Sequence record: SRR31156797_77
Reading direction: 5' to 3' (one strand)
Length of the DNA stretch: 39,607 bases
Below are positions 28,539 through 37,761 of this stretch, one piece after another; within the stretch, counting starts at the first letter, position 1, and the number at the start of each line of letters is the position of its first letter. The translations under genes and the position numbers were made by a program. The notes under the pieces are model-generated. The model did no database searches, had not been told where the DNA came from, and saw only the letters and a list, made by a program, of their open reading frames with translations.

Positions 28539-30350
28539 ATGATTAGAAAATTGAAGAAAATTTACGTAAAATATTTACGCATCAAGAAGTATGAGGCCTG
28601 GGCAATAAAAAAGTCCCACGTTGAGCTATTAGAGGAAAAATACGTTCCAAATAAAGAAGGAAAGTTAATTGTTTCTCGTTATATTGACGTTAATCAAAAA
28701 TATGAATTTTCCTTTGAAGACTGGAGGGAACTATGCAGAAGCAAAAAAGACAAGCGGGATTGGCTAGCCGGTAGGTTAGCACGTAGGGTTGTAATAAGGA
28801 ATGAACGTGGAAACTTAGAAATGAGACAAGTAAAAGAGGTTGTTGACATGAAGAGAAAAGAATATGAGGAACTTTCTTATCTTTCCAAGTTATTATATAA
28901 TTCAGGTCGCAAGTACAGAAAATTTAGATCTTTACTATTTTTCAGGTTAGGAAAGTATAACCTTGTTTTATGGATACTTGCAAGCTTTTATTGTTTATTG
29001 AAGATTAGAAAAGATGAACTAAGGATTGATCTTTCAAACATTAATAAACAGCAAGTTCTTGTGTTTATAATATTTTATATTACTATAACAATGTCATGGT
29101 ACAAATTCAAAACCTGTAAATTTGGTATACACATGCAATATACAAAAATAGGAATCTCTATATCCAGAATAAAGCAAATTATATTGCTTCCATTTAGAAG
29201 ATTTATTGGTCCGAAACTGAGTCTTTTAAAGGGATTTTACGACGATCCAAATAGATTTACTTTAGAGTTATTAAAGCCTATCTCTGATGGTTCAGAAACA
29301 CTAAAAAAAAGGTTTTTTAAGTACAGTAAATATACAATAATTATTACACACTATACATATTGCCTCTTTTTTTTATTGAACTTATTTACGAAGGTTATCA
29401 GTCGCGCAACTGCCTCTTTAAGTGAGCGTTTAAATCAACTAGAACAGTGGCTAAAAAACTGGGAAAATTTTGTGAAAAATCCATCGTATTTCCTTTTACC
29501 AAAATCACTAAAAATAGATGACTCACAAACTATAAAAGAAATAGGTCTACTTAGATTTGACGAATACATTTATTTAGATCCACAAAGAACAGGAACATTT
29601 TTTGAAAGCTTATTCCTGGATGTCTTTTATTATGGCGAAAAAAGTGCAATACCTTTATCTTCGTTTCAGACGTCAAAAACCCCATTACTAAACATAAAAT
29701 TGAAAAAAGAAGGGCGCTGCCGTGTTGAGGAGATGGAAGACCTTTTATCAGATGTTAATTTTGAGTGTTTTGAGTATGTAAGTTATCTTGTTCAATCCCT
29801 TTTCAAGCCAAGGCTTATTTTTAATATGTCATACTCAACAATAAACTTCATAACCATGAAAATGATTGCCTACAAAAAAAGAAACATTGATTCAAACGTA
29901 CTAAAATATTCACTTGGAAGCTTTAATAAAAAAAGAATGCAAATATTGTTTCGCGTGTACGTCAGGAAGGTCATATATTTCATTACAAATAAAGTATTCA
30001 TTGATGCTTCATGTTTAAATGATAGTAAAGAAGAAGTCATAAGATGGGCAACCGTTACGCTTTTGTATTACACATTCTTCTCGCTGTTTTATGGTGAAGA
30101 GTTTGACAATGTAATAAATAATGAAGTGGATAATTACTTTTTTAATTTCATAATTGAAAACCTCAATGGATTAAAAGAAACGGAAAATGGAAAAGATTGG
30201 CTTATAAACTATATAGAAATTAAAAAATGTTATACTGAAGAGACTAAAGACGTGCTAAGACAAAAAAAGAGATATGATGTTCAGGTCTATGAGGAAGAGC
30301 TGAAATCATATGAAGAAGCACGAAAGGCCAAAAAAAGACATAATAAGTGA
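28539..30350 (+). CDS. Unidentified 603 aa protein (orf603)
   Basis: 1.8 kb stop-free frame in AT-rich DNA; its TGA overlaps the cob GTG start (GTGA). No motif recognised. Confidence 0.75.
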   Translation: MIRKLKKIYVKYLRIKKYEAWAIKKSHVELLEEKYVPNKEGKLIVSRYIDVNQKYEFSFEDWRELCRSKKDKRDWLAGRLARRVVIRNERGNLEMRQVKEVVDMKRKEYEELSYLSKLLYNSGRKYRKFRSLLFFRLGKYNLVLWILASFYCLLKIRKDELRIDLSNINKQQVLVFIIFYITITMSWYKFKTCKFGIHMQYTKIGISISRIKQIILLPFRRFIGPKLSLLKGFYDDPNRFTLELLKPISDGSETLKKRFFKYSKYTIIITHYTYCLFFLLNLFTKVISRATASLSERLNQLEQWLKNWENFVKNPSYFLLPKSLKIDDSQTIKEIGLLRFDEYIYLDPQRTGTFFESLFLDVFYYGEKSAIPLSSFQTSKTPLLNIKLKKEGRCRVEEMEDLLSDVNFECFEYVSYLVQSLFKPRLIFNMSYSTINFITMKMIAYKKRNIDSNVLKYSLGSFNKKRMQILFRVYVRKVIYFITNKVFIDASCLNDSKEEVIRWATVTLLYYTFFSLFYGEEFDNVINNEVDNYFFNFIIENLNGLKETENGKDWLINYIEIKKCYTEETKDVLRQKKRYDVQVYEEELKSYEEARKAKKRHNK

Positions 30351-31501
30351 TAAAGGCCAAAGGGAACAACCTGTTGAGATTATTTAGCAGTCACTTAATA
30401 ATTTATCCAACCCCCATAAATTTAAACTATATGTGGAATTTTGGTCTTTTGGCCGGTTTGTTTCTTGGAATACAACTGGCTTCTGGTATTTTCTTGTCTA
30501 TGCACTATTGTGCGGACACCTATCTGGCATTTAGAAATGTTGACTTTATAGTTAGAAATGTACAATTTGGTTGGTTTATAAGATATTTGCACTCTAATGG
30601 TGCTTCTTTTCTGTTTCTTCTTATTTATCTTCATATGTTTAGAGGCATTTTCTATGGATCTTTTAGATATCCTAGAAGGCTCGTCTGGATTTATGGCGTT
30701 GTTATTTTTATGTTGACAATGGGTACCGCATTTACAGGTTATGTCTTGCCATGGGGACAAATGAGCTTTTGGGGAGCAACTGTAATAACCAACCTCCTGT
30801 CAGCTATACCTAAGATAGGAAACTCAATTGTGGTTTGGTTTTGGGGAGGCTTTGCAATAGACAGTCCGACACTCAACCGCTTTTATACAATTCATTTTTT
30901 GATGCCATTTATAATGGTTGTTTTCGTAATTTTACATCTAAATCAGTTACACAAGATCAGCTCAAACAATAGTGTTGGCGTTTCTTTTGGAAATTGTCTG
31001 TTGTCAAATACCAACTTTTATCCACTGTATGCGGTAAAAGATTTCTTTACCGTTGCAATTTTGGCGTTAATTTACTTTAGTTTAGTATTTTTTTCACCTA
31101 ACAAGCTTGGACACTTTGATAATTTTGTGGTTGCAAATTCTATGAAAACTCCACCTCATATAGTACCTGAATGGTATTTCTTACCATTTTACGCAATTTT
31201 ACGTTCCATCCCACACAAAATGTTAGGGATAATTGCAATGGCATTGTCTATTTGTTTGCTGCTTTCAATAATGGTTTTTGTTAGCAAAAATTATCCTAGA
31301 AACTTGTTCTTTTCTCCTTTAAATAATATATTTTTTTGGTGTTTTTTCTTTAACTCAGTATTCCTTGGCTGGTTGGGTACTAAACCTATATCTTATCCAT
31401 TTACAGAATTGGGTTTGATCTCTACGTGCTTGTACTTTATTTTTGCTTATGTTGTTTTTCACCCTTTGAGTATTAGGTGTAGAAATAATAACAAAGAATA
31501 A
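30347..31501 (+). CDS. cob: Apocytochrome b (GTG start)
   Basis: WNFG, RYLHSNGAS, GYVLPWGQMSFWGATVITN, HIVPEWYFLPFYAILRS. Confidence 0.99.
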   Translation: MIKAKGNNLLRLFSSHLIIYPTPINLNYMWNFGLLAGLFLGIQLASGIFLSMHYCADTYLAFRNVDFIVRNVQFGWFIRYLHSNGASFLFLLIYLHMFRGIFYGSFRYPRRLVWIYGVVIFMLTMGTAFTGYVLPWGQMSFWGATVITNLLSAIPKIGNSIVVWFWGGFAIDSPTLNRFYTIHFLMPFIMVVFVILHLNQLHKISSNNSVGVSFGNCLLSNTNFYPLYAVKDFFTVAILALIYFSLVFFSPNKLGHFDNFVVANSMKTPPHIVPEWYFLPFYAILRSIPHKMLGIIAMALSICLLLSIMVFVSKNYPRNLFFSPLNNIFFWCFFFNSVFLGWLGTKPISYPFTELGLISTCLYFIFAYVVFHPLSIRCRNNNKE

Positions 31502-31588
31502 ACTCGTTTTTTTTTCAGAAAAACTTTATTTATTTCGTCTGAACCGAATTTTATCCACTCTTTTCTCCTAACTGAGAAACAGTAATAA

Positions 31589-31661
31589 TTGGGAGTAGCG
31601 CAGTTGGTAGCGCATCTGTTTTGGGTACAGAAAGTCACGTGTTCAAGTCACGTCTCCCATA
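31589..31661 (+). tRNA. trnP(ugg): tRNA-Pro (UGG)
   Basis: TCTGT-TTTGGGT-ACAGA; U1:U72 mismatch. Confidence 0.94.
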
Positions 31662-31710
31662 TGTTGTTTAGGGTGTAACATGTATGTTACGCAACAAACT
31701 CCTAAAAATA

Positions 31711-31783
31711 TAGGTAATAACAGACTCGAACCGTTAGTCTTCTCCGTGTAAAGGAGATGTTTTGCCAATTAAACTAATTACCA
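31711..31783 (-). tRNA. trnV(uac): tRNA-Val (UAC)
   Basis: TCTCC-TTTACAC-GGAGA, A73; U1:U72 mismatch. Confidence 0.94.
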
Positions 31784-31806
31784 AAGTTTATTCCCTAAAA
31801 TCATAT

Positions 31807-32625
31807 ATGTCAAAATTAGCAAAAAATTGGATTATTTTCCCTAAAGAGGAAGATAAAGAGAAGTACTCCTTTAAATTACCTTATTTTTTAAACAGTATGG
31901 CGTACTATAGTGCCAGCTCTGCTTGGTACTATAGCTTTAAAGAAAAAAAGTGGTTTCGCACTGGAGCAAATAGCTTATTTTTAAGCTCCTTTTTTGGAAC
32001 AAGTGTTATAAATTTGCCTGCTCCTTTAACATTTAAATTTGCAAAAGAGTTCTCGAGGGGCTTACAAGAAAAGCTGGACACAAAACAAGCCGGCCAAATA
32101 GTTATGACGCCTTTAGGTTCATATGATTTAGTTAGAAAGGTTTGGTTAAACAGAGGATTAGTTTATAAAGGATTTAATAATCCCTATATAAAAAATCTTT
32201 ATAATTTTTTTAGCTATTTTAAGCACGACAGAAACATCCGTAAGAGATGGCCGAAACTTATGAGCTCCTGGGGAATGACCAATACTATGGTTCAGCAAGC
32301 ATTATCCGCACTTTACAAACCCTTTAAAAAGGGCCTTTCTATATCTGGTATAGGATATAGAGCCTTTGTAAATGAGAAAAAAAACCTGTTGATTCTTAAA
32401 TTAGGGTATAGTCATCTTTGTTATGTAAGCGTTCCTAAAGACCTTAAGGTGCTTTGCCTGAGACGCAACAGGATTGTTATATTAGGTAGCGAAAAGGACT
32501 TAGTAAACTCCTTTGCCAAGGAAGTTAGGTCTTTAAGAAGTCCAGACGCTTATAAGGGCAAAGGAATTCGTTTTTTTAAAGAAAAGATTAAACTACGTCC
32601 TGGGAAAAAAGCGAGCTCAAAATAA
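31807..32625 (+). CDS. rpl6: Ribosomal protein L6 with expanded N-terminal half
   Basis: GIGYRA, LKLGYSH, RSPDAYKGKGIR. ATG at 31807 chosen to avoid overlapping trnV. Confidence 0.94.
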   Translation: MSKLAKNWIIFPKEEDKEKYSFKLPYFLNSMAYYSASSAWYYSFKEKKWFRTGANSLFLSSFFGTSVINLPAPLTFKFAKEFSRGLQEKLDTKQAGQIVMTPLGSYDLVRKVWLNRGLVYKGFNNPYIKNLYNFFSYFKHDRNIRKRWPKLMSSWGMTNTMVQQALSALYKPFKKGLSISGIGYRAFVNEKKNLLILKLGYSHLCYVSVPKDLKVLCLRRNRIVILGSEKDLVNSFAKEVRSLRSPDAYKGKGIRFFKEKIKLRPGKKASSK

Positions 32626-32642
32626 ACAGACTTTTGCTTTAA

Positions 32643-33392
32643 TTATGCGTTGATAATTAAAAACATAAAAGTCCATTTAATTAACTCAACTTGCTGTAAT
32701 TTTTTAAAATCATAAATACTAGCTTTCCCGGCACGGAGAGATAGAGATATTAAACGACCCGTTGTTATTAGAGCCTCCAAGGAGCTTGTATTACATGGTA
32801 TGGGGTATAATATATTTTCAAGAGAATATTTTAGATTGGTTACTGCAACTGTTGGAAGCAGTATTTTTTTTGCTTCTTTTATAAAACTAGATCTTTTTTT
32901 ATCTTCCTCTATAAATGGAATAAAAATAAACAAAGAAGGAATCTTTTTATAATATGGTTTCCAATTAAAGTTTGGGTATGAACTTTGCAAATACAAACTT
33001 TTTTTGTGTATTTTTTTTCTCTTTTTCGTTGGAAGTGAAATTAATACACTGTTTAATTGCCAATTGGATAATATTCCGCTAAACCACAAAGTGTTAAGGT
33101 AAAGCTGATCGCAAGACATTGCTAATTTCCTCATTAGTGGAAGCAATGTCTTGTTTCCGGAGCAGAAGAGTACAGATGGCCAAGGATTTTGTGTAGAGTG
33201 AAGCCTTAAAAATGAAATTGTCCTCTTTAAGAACCATGCCGCTTGATTTATATTATAAAATTTTATCTTATCATAAAAGTTATCAATTAATGGAGATAAA
33301 CTTTTTGAGTCATTTGGGTCTGCCCAATTAAACTTAATCCTCCACAGCTGATTTAGTGTTATGTTAGAATAATAACTTATTATTTTTTTCAT
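32643..33392 (-). CDS. rps2: Ribosomal protein S2
   Basis: VLFCS, WFSGILSNW, PSLFIF, IKEAKKILLPTVAV, YPIPCN. Confidence 0.88.
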   Translation of the reverse strand: MKKIISYYSNITLNQLWRIKFNWADPNDSKSLSPLIDNFYDKIKFYNINQAAWFLKRTISFLRLHSTQNPWPSVLFCSGNKTLLPLMRKLAMSCDQLYLNTLWFSGILSNWQLNSVLISLPTKKRKKIHKKSLYLQSSYPNFNWKPYYKKIPSLFIFIPFIEEDKKRSSFIKEAKKILLPTVAVTNLKYSLENILYPIPCNTSSLEALITTGRLISLSLRAGKASIYDFKKLQQVELIKWTFMFLIINA

Positions 33393-33444
33393 GCAAGCTA
33401 ATAATTTTTAAATTAAATAATACTAATAATAACAATTATTTTGT

Positions 33445-33525
33445 TTCCCCCAGTTGGATTTGAACCAACAAGCGTAAAGCATTAAATTTTGAGTCTAACG
33501 TGTTTACCAATTTCACCATGGGGAA
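33445..33525 (-). tRNA. trnL(caa): tRNA-Leu (CAA)
   Basis: Anticodon loop CTCAAAA, long variable arm. Confidence 0.92.
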
Positions 33526-33555
33526 AAACACTTACAATAATAAACTAATTATTGC

Positions 33556-33628
33556 CTTCCCAGGCCGGATTTGAACCAACAACTTTGTGATTAACAGTCA
33601 CACGCTCTACCAATTGAGCTACTGAGAA
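33556..33628 (-). tRNA. trnN(guu): tRNA-Asn (GUU)
   Basis: TGTGA-CTGTTAA-TCACA, G73. Confidence 0.95.
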
Positions 33629-33632
33629 TTTT

Positions 33633-33706
33633 TGGAGACGGTTGGACTTGAACCAACACTCTTACGTGTGCAAAACGTACATTTTACCTATTTAAATTAC
33701 GCCCCC
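33633..33706 (-). tRNA. trnA(ugc): tRNA-Ala (UGC)
   Basis: Anticodon loop TTTGCAC, G3:U70 identity pair. Confidence 0.95.
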
Positions 33707-33713
33707 AGTTAAA

Positions 33714-33786
33714 CAGGAGAGGCGGGGCTTGAACCCGTAACATTTGGTACGACAAACCAACGCTCTGCCATTTGAGCTACTCCCCT
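33714..33786 (-). tRNA. trnD(guc): tRNA-Asp (GUC)
   Basis: TTGGT-TTGTCGT-ACCAA, G73. Confidence 0.94.
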
Positions 33787-33856
33787 TTATTAAATTAGCC
33801 ATAGTAGTTAACAACTAATTCCTGATTAAAAAGGATTTTTAATGTAAAAAACATTT

Positions 33857-36800
33857 ATGAGCAAACGAAGACTAATTGAGAAAAAAAGGATAGTATTCCC
33901 ACAGCTGCTTTCCAATGAAAAAGTTGGTTGGGCACATGTGCGTTTAAAAATATTTAATTGGGATGGTTTAGGAAGATATACTATTCATAACAATGAGGAC
34001 AAAATAGCTATTTTCAACACATATACAATATACAAGTGGATGTCCAACACGCACGGTTTGAAATTTTTAGAGCCTTCTAGAGTTTTTTATGTTTTGGCTA
34101 TACGCTCACAAACAGGGTGGTCTCTAGACTTCTTGGACTCCAGAGAAGAAGTTGGTTGGAAGTCGCAAATTGGGGTCAAAATCTATAACACAAATGATTT
34201 TCCTAAGCACTTTCCAAAGCTTGGACCTAAAGACTTGGCTAAGAAATCTTTCTGGGGATTTCGGTTTTTGCTACACTATATTCCCAAAATTTTTTCCTTT
34301 GCAACAAAGATGATTCAATGTAAAGGTTGGTTGTATCACCATAATCTATTCTTAAGAGATGGGGGTGTGTCAATCAAAGCTTGGAGACTAGAGAGTGAGC
34401 CTCTTTATTACAATGAAATTGGCGGTATAAGAAAAAAAGGTAGAAGTAAAAACAAGGACACTGGTGTTCGTTCATTCAAAGCTTCCATGTATTTGAACCA
34501 ACGTGTCAGAAGGTTTTATGGCTTTATGTCTAGAACTGGGAAAAATTTGGTGCAAACAGTTGATCGCAAAAAAGGTATCTTGTCCAATGGTTCAAATGTT
34601 CTATTTGAGGGTAAAGTCGATATTATATTGTTCCGAATAAAATGGACGCCTAATATATCAGAAGCAAAGCTTATATTCAATAGCAAAATTTTATTCCTCA
34701 ATGACTTTTTAGTAAGAAAAAGTAAAATTTTGCTTAAACGGAGTGACTACTTACATTTTGGCAGTGAACATTCCGTTAATGTCTCACTTGTACCAGAAGT
34801 TGTAAAACGTTGGAAAGGTAATGAGTTATTTAATTCTCCTCAAGTGGTTGAACTTTTTGAGCGTTCCTGGGACTCTTTTTTGTCAACTAAGTTCGTACTC
34901 TTATCAATACCTTTGACCCTCTTAATTAAGACCCTTAAAAGCAAATTCAGCATAGAAGATATAAAAAATAATCTAGCCTCACCCGAGCCAATTGAAAAGG
35001 GACTTGACTTTTATTTTGGGACCCTGTTAGAATTTAATCCTTTCAGTTTGCATTCTTTGAGCCACTGTGATAAATACAGAGTCTTCAGACCTAAAGCAAA
35101 AAATAAAGGTTATACTTTTGTTTTATGGTTTGCTGGTAAAACTTTGAACCTAAAAATGGGTCCAATAATAAACGTATCTGAAAGGCTCAGCAAGATTAGC
35201 AAATTTGAATCACTTCCTGTCCTCTCTGGCCTTAACGGTCCTTCTTTTTTTGGCGAAGTTGAGAACTTGTTGGGTTTGAGTTCACAACACTTTTGTGGTC
35301 TCTTTTGCTCCACCTTAGAACGGATGGAATTTCCTATAAATTTGTCTACAGTTTGGAAACGTTTAACTCAGAAAGATCGAATTAACTTCAAGTATTGGAC
35401 ACTTAATAGGGTTTCTAAATCCGGAAGTAAGGATCTTTTGCTAAATGAGTTTTTGCACGACTTAATAAGTGCAAAAAATCCACACTTAATTAATGCCTCT
35501 GAAAGTATTTTTATTTCAAAATACTTGAACACAAAATTGTGGAGGCTTTATCTTTCAAACGTGGAGCGAGAAGTAGGTTCATCCAGATCAAACATCTTAC
35601 AGGAAAAAGTAGGTATGCTTTCAAGTAATGATTACATTTTCATAAAGGCTGAGAGGAAAATTAGAAAAACTTTCCTCTCAAACTTCGAGATTTCAATCCT
35701 CTTCTCTACCATTAGAGAGTATTACCTAATTATAAACTCTAACAATAAAGAACTGGAATTCTTAAATAATAATTATATAAATACAAGAGACACAGGTATT
35801 AAAAATTGTTTAAAATCTATCTCCAGTCGATTTGTTAATGAAAAAGAGAAACTTATAATTACTGAAATGAGGTACTTATTGGGGAGTATTTTTGTTGCCG
35901 GAAAGAGGATAATAAAATTTGTTCGATATATTGGTTCTAGATCTCTAGATGAAAGTTTAATGACCATTTCCTTAAGAAGGAAAATCAGTAATGTTTTAAT
36001 GGACTATAAAACTCTTCTTTTAAAAATTGTTGGTCACCTTGACTTTATTTTAACTAAATTGAAAAAAAACCAACCGGAAATTCAAATGGTATTGAAAACC
36101 GTACTATTTAAATTGCTAGACAGTAAAAACTTGTCAAAATATTGTAGCTATGATGGTTATAGTGATAAAGAAGTTCCATATTGGTATAAATACAATAAAA
36201 TAGAAAAAGGATTATACACACACAACGATCCCTTTGAGGAAATATTTTCTGGCTTGAAGACTCATTTTAACGAATCTCTACCTTTAAGTCTGAATAAAAA
36301 AACATTCATGCCCGGCGAAATTTGGCTTCCTTATCCAGGCTATGCTGAAGTTGATTATAATAATATGATCTGTACTATGATTGACACACCATATCACCTT
36401 TCATGGGAGCCTAGAAAGTCAAAGTATCTATCGGTACCAAGAGGTGATTCTAGGTGGCTGTATCATTTGGTCTATAATCTATCTGGGAAGGTTATAAGTG
36501 TTCCTAAGGGCATGAAATTCACCTCATTTAATGAAGTGGATCCTAGATTCCTTAAACTCTTGAAAGTGTGGTCTCTGCTCCCTTCAAAAATACAAGAGAC
36601 ATACAAAGAAAAAAGGTTGATGTTCTTAAGTTTAATGTCTGACAGTAATATTAAACATTCTGAGGGCTTAACCGATTATTGGATGTCCGAACTAAGCTTT
36701 AACCCATATATTCATGTTCGGATTGAGGAGGATATACCTCCAAGGATGCTTAACTACTCAAAAATCTCAATTGATTGGCTGAACTTTGATTTCACTAAGG

Positions 36801-36994
36801 ACGTTAAATTTTTGTCTGTTATTACAAACCCTTATGATATGGATCCTTCTCTTGCTGAGGAAATTAAGGAAGACGGCATTCAACATAAGCGTAAGGTGCA
36901 CAATAAATTAAAAGATTATTTTATAGAAAATAATCTATTTACTAGAAAAAGGAGGTATTCTAATGAAGTATGGTACTACAAGAAGAATATCTGA
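33857..36994 (+). CDS. rps4: Giant ribosomal protein S4 (1045 aa)
   Basis: LNQRVRRFYG, FEGKVDIILFRIKWTPNISEAKLI..LND..LLKRSDYL (S4 RNA-binding domain) and distal PGYAEVDY (S4 C-terminal P.YLEVDY). Confidence 0.8.
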   Translation: MSKRRLIEKKRIVFPQLLSNEKVGWAHVRLKIFNWDGLGRYTIHNNEDKIAIFNTYTIYKWMSNTHGLKFLEPSRVFYVLAIRSQTGWSLDFLDSREEVGWKSQIGVKIYNTNDFPKHFPKLGPKDLAKKSFWGFRFLLHYIPKIFSFATKMIQCKGWLYHHNLFLRDGGVSIKAWRLESEPLYYNEIGGIRKKGRSKNKDTGVRSFKASMYLNQRVRRFYGFMSRTGKNLVQTVDRKKGILSNGSNVLFEGKVDIILFRIKWTPNISEAKLIFNSKILFLNDFLVRKSKILLKRSDYLHFGSEHSVNVSLVPEVVKRWKGNELFNSPQVVELFERSWDSFLSTKFVLLSIPLTLLIKTLKSKFSIEDIKNNLASPEPIEKGLDFYFGTLLEFNPFSLHSLSHCDKYRVFRPKAKNKGYTFVLWFAGKTLNLKMGPIINVSERLSKISKFESLPVLSGLNGPSFFGEVENLLGLSSQHFCGLFCSTLERMEFPINLSTVWKRLTQKDRINFKYWTLNRVSKSGSKDLLLNEFLHDLISAKNPHLINASESIFISKYLNTKLWRLYLSNVEREVGSSRSNILQEKVGMLSSNDYIFIKAERKIRKTFLSNFEISILFSTIREYYLIINSNNKELEFLNNNYINTRDTGIKNCLKSISSRFVNEKEKLIITEMRYLLGSIFVAGKRIIKFVRYIGSRSLDESLMTISLRRKISNVLMDYKTLLLKIVGHLDFILTKLKKNQPEIQMVLKTVLFKLLDSKNLSKYCSYDGYSDKEVPYWYKYNKIEKGLYTHNDPFEEIFSGLKTHFNESLPLSLNKKTFMPGEIWLPYPGYAEVDYNNMICTMIDTPYHLSWEPRKSKYLSVPRGDSRWLYHLVYNLSGKVISVPKGMKFTSFNEVDPRFLKLLKVWSLLPSKIQETYKEKRLMFLSLMSDSNIKHSEGLTDYWMSELSFNPYIHVRIEEDIPPRMLNYSKISIDWLNFDFTKDVKFLSVITNPYDMDPSLAEEIKEDGIQHKRKVHNKLKDYFIENNLFTRKRRYSNEVWYYKKNI

Positions 36995-37005
36995 TGTGTG
37001 ATATA

Positions 37006-37467
37006 TTAAGCTTTGATTTTATAAGTATAGAAAGACCAAGACCATCTGTTATGCTCTTTCTTGACTCTTGAAAATCGCCTTGCTTTATCTCTTACAAAAA
37101 AAAAATTATTTCTTCCTCTTTTACTAACGAACTTATTGAATGTGACCGCAGAACAAAGCCTTGGGGATTTAAGAGGAAACAAGTGTTCAACTATGCTCTC
37201 GTGAAAGACGTTTCTTATGAGTACAGCACCTTCCGAGTGCTTTACTAACTTACCAAAAAAAAACATTCTTTTTCTAGAAAATTTCTCTCCTACTATGTGA
37301 AGTATGTTGGTAAGAGGGCCTGCACTTGTATTAGGTGTTAATTTAATGAAATAACTACTAGAAAGCGTATTTTGGGAAAAAAATTCTTGTCTTTTAAAAT
37401 TTGATAGGATATTATTATTAATGAAAGGTTGCATGTACTTTATTACAATAAACGTCAAAGAGAGCAA
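37006..37467 (-). CDS. rpl19: Ribosomal protein L19 (TTG start, or ATG at 37434)
   Basis: FFGKLV, LIRNVFHESIVEHLFPLKSPRL, RNNFFFVRDK. Confidence 0.85.
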   Translation of the reverse strand: MLSLTFIVIKYMQPFINNNILSNFKRQEFFSQNTLSSSYFIKLTPNTSAGPLTNILHIVGEKFSRKRMFFFGKLVKHSEGAVLIRNVFHESIVEHLFPLKSPRLCSAVTFNKFVSKRGRNNFFFVRDKARRFSRVKKEHNRWSWSFYTYKIKA

Positions 37468-37526
37468 GTCTTAACTTTGTATTTGAACTCTAAATATAAA
37501 CTTTAAGACTGTGGTTAATCCTTTTA

Positions 37527-37598
37527 GGCGAAGTAGTTTAATAGGTAAAACAGCGGAATCATAACCCGCCCACAGAGGTTCAATTCCTTTCTTCGCCA
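37527..37598 (+). tRNA. trnM(cau)e: Elongator tRNA-Met (CAU)
   Basis: GGCGAAG/CTTCGCC-A, GCGGA-ATCATAA-CCCGC; resembles alphaproteobacterial elongator Met tRNA. Confidence 0.85.
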
Positions 37599-37659
37599 TA
37601 GAAATCTATTTTTTTACACTAGACCCAAAGTTAAATCTCTTTGGTCTGTTACGACTTAT

Positions 37660-37744
37660 TGTTGAAGATGGGACTCGAACCCATATTTTTTGTAAAAAAG
37701 CTGGATCCTAAGTCCAGTGCGTTTGCCAGTTCCGCCACTTCAAT
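37660..37744 (-). tRNA. trnL(uag): tRNA-Leu (UAG)
   Basis: CTGGA-CTTAGGA-TCCAG, long variable arm; A1:C72 mismatch. Confidence 0.94.
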
Positions 37745-37761
37745 AAAATTGTTTGTTGATT

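Noticed and set aside
31762-31806. TTG start for rpl6
   Set aside because: Falls inside trnV on the opposite strand; an in-frame ATG is at 31807.
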